Source of the DNA: Clostridia bacterium
GTDB lineage: Bacteria > Bacillota > Clostridia > Oscillospirales > CAG-272
DNA length: 51,686 nt
Assembly: GCA_017507905.1 (NCBI GenBank)
Contig: JAFWAA010000031.1
Span: forward strand, 1-51,686
Direction of reading: 5' to 3'
A model generated the notes under the pieces. It searched no databases, was not told where the DNA came from, and saw nothing but the letters and a program-made list of their open reading frames with translations. Shown here piece by piece: positions 44,350-51,686 of this stretch; the first letter of the stretch is position 1, and each line of letters opens with the position of its first letter. The position numbers and the translations under genes are program-made.

Positions 44350-45349
44350 CGATCGCGGAAAGGCTTCCGAATCCGTGCTCTGCACGAAGGTACAGCTCAG
44401 GCGTAACCTTGGCGCCTATCCCTTCCCCGTTTCACTTGAGGCGGCCTCGGCAAACGAGATCCTGCAAAAGCTTTCGCCTCCTCTTGAAGCGCTCGGCTTC
44501 CGCAAGATCAATTTTTCGGATATTTCGGCGATCATGGCGACCTCCTACGTGGAAAAGCACTACGCCAGCCCCGCCTTTGCCTCGGTTGGCGGACCGCACG
44601 TCCTTCTTCTGCAGGAAAAGCCGGACATTGCCGTGACGCTTTGCGGCGAGGATCATCTGCGCATCTGCTGTATCCTCCCGGGGCTTGACCCGAAGGAGGC
44701 CTTTGCCCACGCCTCGGAGATCGAGCGCGTGCTGGACGGAGAAAACGAGCTTGCCTTTGATCCCGATCTCGGTTATCTGACGCAATCCCCGGCTGATCTC
44801 GGGACGGGGCTTTCGGTGTCGGTGATGCTTTTTCTTCCTGCACTTGCCGAAAGCCTTTGCATCGGCTCGCTCGCCTCGCATCTTGGAAAGCTCGGGCTCA
44901 GCCTGCGCGGCGGCTTTGGCGAGGGGGTCAGCACCTCCTGCGGTCTCTTTGAGCTGAGCAACCGCGTAACGCTCGGCAAGGACGAAAACGAGATCCTCTC
45001 CCTTGTGGAGGAGGTCACTCTGCAAATCCTTGAGCGCGAGGAGGAGGCGAGACGTGCCATCCGCAAGGAGCCGCTTGACCGTCTGACCGACCGCATCCGC
45101 CGCAGTGAGGCCATTCTCAAGTCTGCCCTGCTGCTCTCCTCGGAGGAATTTCTCCGTCTGTTTGCCGACGTCCGTCTCGGCATCGCGCTCGGCATTGTTC
45201 GCGGGATCACCTACGAGCAGCTCTCAACGCTTTTGGTTGAGGGAATGCCCGCAACCCTGACGCTCTCCGCGGATACGACTCCGCGCAGTGAACACGCACG
45301 CGACGCACTTCGCGCAAAGCGCGTACAGGCTCTGCTCCATGAAGCATGA
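44336..45349 (+). CDS. mcsB: McsB homologue with degenerate kinase site
   Basis: Phosphagen-kinase fold motifs (EDHLRI, GYLT..P..LGTG, RG..GEG, DVRLG), located between mcsA and clpC. Confidence 0.88.
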   Translation: MAWYNDRGKASESVLCTKVQLRRNLGAYPFPVSLEAASANEILQKLSPPLEALGFRKINFSDISAIMATSYVEKHYASPAFASVGGPHVLLLQEKPDIAVTLCGEDHLRICCILPGLDPKEAFAHASEIERVLDGENELAFDPDLGYLTQSPADLGTGLSVSVMLFLPALAESLCIGSLASHLGKLGLSLRGGFGEGVSTSCGLFELSNRVTLGKDENEILSLVEEVTLQILEREEEARRAIRKEPLDRLTDRIRRSEAILKSALLLSSEEFLRLFADVRLGIALGIVRGITYEQLSTLLVEGMPATLTLSADTTPRSEHARDALRAKRVQALLHEA

Positions 45350-45384
45350 TCCGCACAGCCGCCAAAGGAAAGGAACGCACCCAT

Positions 45385-47850
45385 ATGATCAACCGATTCA
45401 CGCAAAAAGCGCAAGGCGCTTTGCAATTCACCCTTCAGGCAGCCGCCGAAATGGGGCATACCTATATCGGCTCCGAGCATCTTCTGCTTGGCCTTCTCCA
45501 CGAGCCCTCCTCCATCGCCGCGCGCTGCCTTTCGGAGCGAGGCGTGGATCGGGAGACCGTGCGTGCCGCCGTCGGCAATCTTGCAGGCGTTGGCAATCGC
45601 ACGTCCCTCTCGGCATCCGACATGACCCCACGCACGCGAAGCATTATCGAAGCATCTCTGGCCGAGGCACAACGCCTCGGCCAGAGCGTCATCGGCACGG
45701 AGCATCTTCTTCTTGCCCTGCTTGAGGAACGGGACTGCGTGGCCGTTCGCGTGCTGGAAAGCCTCGGCATCCAGATCCACGAGCTTCGAAACGACGTTCT
45801 GCACGTCCTCGGCGCCCCCTCACCGCGGGAATTGCGCGACGCGGAAAAGGCCTCCGCCAAGAGCGCGGAGCAAGGCTGTCTTGCAGGCACGCAGGTGCTG
45901 AAGCATCACGGACGTGACCTGACGCTGCTTGCCCGTCAAGGAAAGCTCGATCCCATCATCGGTCGCGAAAAGGAGACCGAGCGCGTGATCCAGATCCTTT
46001 CCCGAAGGACGAAAAGCAACCCCTGTCTGATCGGTGAGCCGGGGGTGGGAAAGACGGCGGTGGCCGAGGGGCTTGCGCGCAGGATCGCCGAGGGGAGCGT
46101 GCCCGAAAATCTGGCGGGCAAGGCGATCGTCACGCTGGACGTTCCCTCCATGATCGCAGGAGCAAAATACCGCGGCGAATTTGAGGACCGCCTCAAGAAC
46201 GTCATGGCCGAGGTGCGCAAGGATACGCGGATCATTCTCTTTATCGACGAGATCCACACCATCATCGGTGCGGGGGCGGCAGAGGGGGCGGTGGACGCCG
46301 CCAACATCATCAAGCCTGCCCTGGCACGGGGCGAGCTACAGGTGATCGGAGCCACCACCATCGCGGAATATCGCAAGCACATCGAAAAGGACGCGGCTCT
46401 TGAGCGTCGCTTTCAATCGGTTCTGGTCGGAGAGCCCACCGAGGAGGAGACGGTGCGCATTCTCCGCGGCCTGCGCGAGCGATACGAGGAGCATCACCGT
46501 CTCTCCATCAGCGACAAGGCCATTGAGACCGCCGTTCGCCTTTCCATGCGCTATATCCCCGACCGTTTTCTGCCCGACAAGGCGATCGATCTGATCGACG
46601 AGGCCGCCTCACGCGTCCGCATCGGTGCGCTCACCTCCCCTGCGGACCTTCGGGAAAAGGAGAACGAGCTTTCGCGCCTCGGCAAGGAAAAGGAGTACGC
46701 CATTCTCGCCCAGAATTTTGAGGAGGCCGCGCGTCTGCGAGACCGCGAGCAGGCTTTGCGCACCGCATACGACGCCGAGAAAAGCGATTGGGAGCATAAA
46801 CAGGAAAAGCACGGCCTTGCGGTGACCGAGCACGACGTTGCCGACATTCTCACCCAATGGACGGGCATTCCCGTAGGGCGCCTTCTCGAAAGCGAGGGGG
46901 AGCGTCTTTTGCATCTGGAGGAGGCTCTGCACAAGCGCGTGATCGGGCAGCGGGAGGCCGTCTCCACGGTTGCGCGCGCCATTCGGCGCGGACGCATGGG
47001 GCTTCAGGATGCGCGCCGTCCGATCGGATCCTTCCTCTTTCTCGGCAGCACGGGTGTGGGAAAGACCGAGCTGGCAAAGGCGTTGGCCGAGGTGCTCTTT
47101 GGCAGCGAGGAGGCTATGATCCGTCTGGATATGTCGGAATATATGGAAAAGCACAGCGTTTCCCGTCTGATCGGCTCCCCTCCCGGCTACGTTGGCTACG
47201 AGGAGGGCGGACAGTTGACCGACCGCATTCGTCGCACGCCCTACGCCGTTCTTCTCCTGGATGAGATCGAAAAGGCACACCCCGACGTATTCCATCTGCT
47301 CTTGCAGGTATTGGAGGACGGTGTGCTGACCGATTCACAGGGACGGCGCGCGGATTTTCGCCATACGGTCATCATTTTGACCTCCAATGCAGGGGCAACC
47401 GCGCAAAACGGCGCCTCTCGGCTTCTCGGCTTTACCGCCGACGAGGAAAAGGCGGAAAATGCACAAAAGGAGAAAATGCTTACCGCTCTGCGTGGGATCT
47501 TCCGCCCCGAATTTCTCAACCGTATCGACGAGATCATCGTCTTTCACCGTCTGGAGCGTGAGGAGATCGGGCAGATCGCCGATCTGATGCTTCGGGAGCT
47601 GCAGGGCCGCATCGCCAAGCTTGGAATGCGCATTCACTTTGACGACTCGGTGCGGGAGCTGCTGATCCGCGAGGGAACGGATCCGCTCTACGGCGCCCGT
47701 CCGCTCCGCCGCGCCACGGTGCGCCTGGTGGAGGATGCCCTCGCGACCGAGATGCTTGAGGGTAAGCTTCGGGAGGGAGATCGCATTCTGGCCTGCGCGG
47801 AAGGAGAAAAGGTCGTCTTCAAGCCGGAAAAGGAGGAGGATGGCGCCTGA
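45385..47850 (+). CDS. clpC: ATP-dependent Clp protease ATPase ClpC
   Basis: Duplicated Clp N-repeats (GSEHLL, GTEHLL), two AAA+ modules, a UVR middle domain and an LGF loop. Confidence 0.95.
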   Translation: MINRFTQKAQGALQFTLQAAAEMGHTYIGSEHLLLGLLHEPSSIAARCLSERGVDRETVRAAVGNLAGVGNRTSLSASDMTPRTRSIIEASLAEAQRLGQSVIGTEHLLLALLEERDCVAVRVLESLGIQIHELRNDVLHVLGAPSPRELRDAEKASAKSAEQGCLAGTQVLKHHGRDLTLLARQGKLDPIIGREKETERVIQILSRRTKSNPCLIGEPGVGKTAVAEGLARRIAEGSVPENLAGKAIVTLDVPSMIAGAKYRGEFEDRLKNVMAEVRKDTRIILFIDEIHTIIGAGAAEGAVDAANIIKPALARGELQVIGATTIAEYRKHIEKDAALERRFQSVLVGEPTEEETVRILRGLRERYEEHHRLSISDKAIETAVRLSMRYIPDRFLPDKAIDLIDEAASRVRIGALTSPADLREKENELSRLGKEKEYAILAQNFEEAARLRDREQALRTAYDAEKSDWEHKQEKHGLAVTEHDVADILTQWTGIPVGRLLESEGERLLHLEEALHKRVIGQREAVSTVARAIRRGRMGLQDARRPIGSFLFLGSTGVGKTELAKALAEVLFGSEEAMIRLDMSEYMEKHSVSRLIGSPPGYVGYEEGGQLTDRIRRTPYAVLLLDEIEKAHPDVFHLLLQVLEDGVLTDSQGRRADFRHTVIILTSNAGATAQNGASRLLGFTADEEKAENAQKEKMLTALRGIFRPEFLNRIDEIIVFHRLEREEIGQIADLMLRELQGRIAKLGMRIHFDDSVRELLIREGTDPLYGARPLRRATVRLVEDALATEMLEGKLREGDRILACAEGEKVVFKPEKEEDGA

Positions 47851-47899
47851 GACCTCCCTCCTCCACGGAAATATTTTGTCGGATTTGGTCAGAAAGGTA

Positions 47900-47928
47900 T
47901 AGACAATCCCGAAAAAATATGCTATAAT
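47900..47928 (+). promoter_or_regulatory. sigma-A promoter of MBL-gltX-glnS
   Basis: TAGACA-17bp-TATAAT with extended TG. Confidence 0.78.
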
Positions 47929-48004
47929 AATATGTCTTATTATATCCGCACGCATTTTTATACGCGCGAGAAAGGCAAAATCGGTGAAAGGCGGAGGAAA
48001 AGCG

Positions 48005-48619
48005 ATGCAGATCCAAAATCTTTATCCGGGCTCCTGGGGCTCAAACTGCTATCTGCTCACCTCGGGCACGCACGCCGCCGTGGTCGATCCCAGCGCAAAG
48101 GCAGAGACCATTCTGCACGCCGTTGCACAGGCGGGCTGCACGTTGGAGATGATCCTTTTGACCCACGGGCATTTTGATCACATCGTATCCATCGATACCC
48201 TGCGCGATGCTTCGGGCGCGCCTCTCCTGATCCATTCCTACGATCGGGATATGCCGAGTGACGGACACAAAAACGCCTTTTACCGCGTGTTTGGAATGCA
48301 ATCGCCCGTCTACCGCGATGCGGAGCGTACCCTATCCGACGGCGAGGTGCTGACGCTTGGCGAAGAAAGCATCCGCGTCATTCACACGCCGGGACACACG
48401 GCAGGCTGCGTCTGCTTTTTGTGCGGTGAGGATATCCTCCTGACGGGAGACACCCTCTTCGCCGGCGGCATCGGGCGCTGTGACCTTTACAGCAGCGATC
48501 CCCTTTGCATGGAGGCCTCTCTGAAAAAGCTGGGAGCGCTCCCACCCGATCTGACCGTCTATCCCGGGCACGGACCAACCATGCGCCTTGGCGACGCATT
48601 GGATCGCGTCGGATTTTAA
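48005..48619 (+). CDS. MBL-fold metallo-hydrolase (glyoxalase II-like)
   Basis: THGHFDH, HTPGH, TGDTLF, PGHG. Start MQIQNL after GGAGG. Confidence 0.9.
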   Translation: MQIQNLYPGSWGSNCYLLTSGTHAAVVDPSAKAETILHAVAQAGCTLEMILLTHGHFDHIVSIDTLRDASGAPLLIHSYDRDMPSDGHKNAFYRVFGMQSPVYRDAERTLSDGEVLTLGEESIRVIHTPGHTAGCVCFLCGEDILLTGDTLFAGGIGRCDLYSSDPLCMEASLKKLGALPPDLTVYPGHGPTMRLGDALDRVGF

Positions 48620-48679
48620 TTTCGTCTAAACTGCGGCAGGGCTCTCCTTTGCCGCTCCACCATAGAAAGGAAACACACC

Positions 48680-50359
48680 ATGGATCACGCACGTCTTGCA
48701 GACCTACTCTTTCCCAACGTCACCCGTACCCCCGAGGACATTGAGGCGCTCTATCCGCCCCGTCAGCTTCCCGAGGGTGCCAAGGTCACCCGCTTTGCCC
48801 CCAGCCCCACGGGATTTGTCCACTTTGGCGGACTTTTCCCCACCACCATCGGTGAGCGTCTGGCGCACCAAAGCGGCGGCGTATTCTATCTGCGCATCGA
48901 GGACACCGACGCCAAGCGCGAGGTCGAGGGCGCGGCCGAGGGTCTGATCCGCACGCTGGAGCATTACGGCATTCACTTTGACGAGGGCGCCGTGATCGGC
49001 GAGGACGGCAAGATCTGTGATCGCGGCATCTACGGTCCCTACCGTCAGAGCCAGCGCGGCCCGATCTATCACGTCTACGCCAAGCAGCTCGTTGCCCTTG
49101 GCAAGGCCTATCCCGTCTTCACCACCAAGGAGGAGCTGGAGGCCATGAACGCCGTGGACAAGAAGGCCGAGATCAAGGCCAAGGACTGGCACGAGGATCA
49201 AACCGCCCAGCGTGAGGCCATGCTCCGCGCAAGAGAGATCACGCTCGAGGAGGTCGAAAAGAACCTCGCCGAGGGCAATCCCTTCGTCCTGCGCATTCTG
49301 GCAGACGGCGATCCCGAGAAGAAGGTCCCCTTCACCGATCTGATCAAGGGTAAGCTGGAGATCCCCGAGAACGACGAGGATTTCGTCCTGCTGAAATCGG
49401 ACGGCATTCCCACCTATCACTTCGCCCACGCCGTGGACGATCATCTGATGGGAACGACGCACGTGATCCGCGGTGAGGAATGGCTCCCCAGCCTTGCCAA
49501 GCACATCATGCTCTTCCGTTACCTCGGCTTCCGTATGCCGAAATATATGCACATCGCGCAGATCATGCGTCTGGACGAGAACGGCAACAAGAAAAAGCTC
49601 TCCAAGCGCGATATGGGAGCAAACATGGACGATTACAGCCGCATGGGCTACGCTCCCGCCTGCGTTTGCGAATACATTATGACCCTGCTCAACTCCAACT
49701 ACGAGGAGTGGCATATGCAAAACCCCGACAAGCCCTATACCGACTTCCCCTTCAACATCAAGAAGATGAGCAACTCGGGCTGTCTCTTTGATTTCGACAA
49801 GCTCAACGACGTCAGCAAGAACATCATCTCGCGCATGAGCGCCGAGGAGGTCACGGCTCTCGTCACCGCATGGGCAAAGGAATACGATCCCGCCTTTGGC
49901 GAGCAGCTTGCAAGGGATCCCGCCTTCACACAGGCCATCTTTGCCATCGGCAGAGGCGGCAAGAAGCCGAGAAAGGACCTTGCCACCTGGGCTGACGCAA
50001 AGCCTTATATGGGCTTCTTCTTCGATCCTGCACAGATCGACGCCTACCCCGAGCAGTTCTCTATCGAGGACATCAAGGCAGCGCTCGTCGGCTTCCTTCG
50101 CAGCTACGATCCTGCGGACGAGATGAACGCGTGGTTTGATAAGGTCAAGGCCGTGGCACGCGAGATCGGCTACGCCGACGATATGAAGGCATACAAGGCT
50201 GATCCCTCCGCCTTCCGCGGAAGCATTGCCGACGTGAGTATGTTCCTGCGCGTTGCGGTCACGGGCAAAATGAACGCGCCCGACCTCTACACCGTTATGC
50301 AGATCCTTAGCAAGGACGAGACGGTGCGCCGCGTGCAGAGCATGATCGACAGACTCTAA
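48680..50359 (+). CDS. gltX: Glutamate--tRNA ligase
   Basis: TRFAPSPTGFVHFGG, LRIEDTD, YRQSQR, PTYHFAHAVDD, KLSKR. Confidence 0.92.
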   Translation: MDHARLADLLFPNVTRTPEDIEALYPPRQLPEGAKVTRFAPSPTGFVHFGGLFPTTIGERLAHQSGGVFYLRIEDTDAKREVEGAAEGLIRTLEHYGIHFDEGAVIGEDGKICDRGIYGPYRQSQRGPIYHVYAKQLVALGKAYPVFTTKEELEAMNAVDKKAEIKAKDWHEDQTAQREAMLRAREITLEEVEKNLAEGNPFVLRILADGDPEKKVPFTDLIKGKLEIPENDEDFVLLKSDGIPTYHFAHAVDDHLMGTTHVIRGEEWLPSLAKHIMLFRYLGFRMPKYMHIAQIMRLDENGNKKKLSKRDMGANMDDYSRMGYAPACVCEYIMTLLNSNYEEWHMQNPDKPYTDFPFNIKKMSNSGCLFDFDKLNDVSKNIISRMSAEEVTALVTAWAKEYDPAFGEQLARDPAFTQAIFAIGRGGKKPRKDLATWADAKPYMGFFFDPAQIDAYPEQFSIEDIKAALVGFLRSYDPADEMNAWFDKVKAVAREIGYADDMKAYKADPSAFRGSIADVSMFLRVAVTGKMNAPDLYTVMQILSKDETVRRVQSMIDRL

Positions 50360-50394
50360 TCATTTTCCTCTAAGAAAGGTTTTGGATAACTACC

Positions 50395-51686
50395 ATGGCA
50401 GAAATCGAGAGAAATTTTATTCACGACATCATTGACGAGGATCTTTCCCGCGATCCCGAGCTCAAGATCCACACCCGTTTCCCGCCCGAGCCCAACGGAT
50501 ACCTGCACATCGGCTCGGTCAAGGCCATCTGCGTCAATACCGACGTAGCCAACAAGTACAACGGCCTGTTCAATCTTCGCTATGACGATACCAACCCCGC
50601 AAAGGAATCGGATGAGTTCGTCCGCTCCATTCGCGAGGATCTGGAGTGGCTCGGTGCCGCTCCCACGGGAGGCGTATTCTACGGCTCGGATTATTTCGGA
50701 AAGTGCTACGAGTTTGCCGTTCAGCTGATCAAGCAGGGCGACGCCTACGTTTGCGATCTCTCCAAGGACGATCTTGCCGACTACAAGGGCACCGACCGCT
50801 CCGTGGCCTCCAAGGAGTCCCCCTACCGCAACCGCTCCGTGGAGGAGAATCTCGAGCTCTTTGAGCGAATGAAGAACGGAGAGTTTGAGGACGGTGCAAG
50901 AACGCTTCGCGCCAAGATCGATCCCTCCTCCGACAATCCCTATCTCCGCGATCCCGTCATTTACCGCATCAAGCACATTCACCATCACCGCCAGGGTGAC
51001 GAATGGTGCGTCTACCCGATGTATGATTTTGCGCATCCCATTCAGGACGCGCTTGAGGGCATTACCCACTCGCTCTGCTCGAGCGAATTCCGCAACCACA
51101 GACCGCTCTACGACTGGGTGGTCGAAAAGATCGGCTTTGCCCAGAAGCCGCACCAGTGGGAGTTCGGCCGCATGAACATCACCTATACCGTCATGTCCAA
51201 GCGCTATCTCCGCCAGCTGGTTGAGGAGGGTCACGTGGACGGCTGGGACGATCCCCGTCTCCCCACCCTTTGCGGTCTGCGCCGCCGCGGATATACTCCC
51301 TCGGCACTCTTCACCTTCGTTCGCGAGGCAGGTGTGACCAACACCGACCACACCGTGGACGTCCGTCAGCTTGAGGCCTGCGTGCGCGACGATCTCAACG
51401 AGAATGCGCTTCGCCGCGTTGCGGTAGTCAATCCCATTCGCGTGGTGATCGACAACTACCCCGAGGACAAGGTGGAGATGATCACGCTCCCCAACCATCC
51501 GCAAAAGCCCGAGCTTGGCACACGCGACGTTCCCATGACGCGCGAGGTCTTTATTGATGCCGAGGACTTTGCCGAGGTTCCACCTCCCAAGTTCTTCCGC
51601 CTCAAGCCCGACGGCGAGGTCCGTCTTATGGGCGGATATATCATCAAGTATGCGGGTATCGAGAAGAATGAAGACGGAAGCATCAA
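50395..51686 (+). CDS. glnS: Glutamine--tRNA ligase, partial (runs off window)
   Basis: Manual translation MAEIERNFIHDIIDEDL...TRFPPEPNGYLHIGS...LRYDDTNP...IYPMYDF-type motif...VMSKRYL. Not in the ORF track. Confidence 0.95.
   Translation, partial: MAEIERNFIHDIIDEDLSRDPELKIHTRFPPEPNGYLHIGSVKAICVNTDVANKYNGLFNLRYDDTNPAKESDEFVRSIREDLEWLGAAPTGGVFYGSDYFGKCYEFAVQLIKQGDAYVCDLSKDDLADYKGTDRSVASKESPYRNRSVEENLELFERMKNGEFEDGARTLRAKIDPSSDNPYLRDPVIYRIKHIHHHRQGDEWCVYPMYDFAHPIQDALEGITHSLCSSEFRNHRPLYDWVVEKIGFAQKPHQWEFGRMNITYTVMSKRYLRQLVEEGHVDGWDDPRLPTLCGLRRRGYTPSALFTFVREAGVTNTDHTVDVRQLEACVRDDLNENALRRVAVVNPIRVVIDNYPEDKVEMITLPNHPQKPELGTRDVPMTREVFIDAEDFAEVPPPKFFRLKPDGEVRLMGGYIIKYAGIEKNEDGSI

Noticed and set aside
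48620-48679. Hairpin GCGGCAGGG/CCTTTGCCGC before gltX as a T-box or terminator
   Set aside because: The region is too short, and it has no AAGGTGGNACC T-box motif and no U-tract.

Overview
This is core chromosome from a spore-forming Clostridia-type (Bacillota) bacterium, with coding GC of about 55-60% by eye. It carries housekeeping and stress genes. From left to right: partial rpsB, ylmC/ymxH-like, a ClpE-like ATPase, cvpA, a DUF5711-like gene, truA-ecfT-ecfA2-ecfA1, a SAM methyltransferase, ruvC, DUF951, yfhO, ruvAB, a XerC-like recombinase, ssrA-smpB, the divIC-yabQ-yabP-yabO-hup-mazG-spoVB cluster, a deaminase, a nucleoside kinase, hemZ-dtd-rel-recJ, an FAD oxidoreductase, cdaA with a 65-aa mini-CdaR, pncB, a five-gene electron-bifurcating-type [FeFe]-hydrogenase operon, mcsA-mcsB-clpC without ctsR, an MBL hydrolase, gltX and partial glnS. 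The only clearly accessory segment is 15.5-19.2 kb. (i) A ~1.2 kb AT-rich, single-gene, integrase-less islet sits at the CCA end of ssrA. It has a 9-bp imperfect flanking duplication, a 13-bp inverted repeat near its ends and two short direct-repeat arrays. (ii) Two related arrays of constant (A)ATATCA(C/T) spacers and variable GN(N)A-capped hairpins bracket the tyrosine recombinase gene, and one 11-bp motif copy lies in its promoter. Other notable items are a McsB lacking its catalytic Cys and several ATP-binding Arg residues (a likely pseudokinase) and a TM-only CdaR. All calls come from reading the sequence and from remembered family motifs; no database searches were run. Several start codons were moved relative to the ORF track on RBS evidence.
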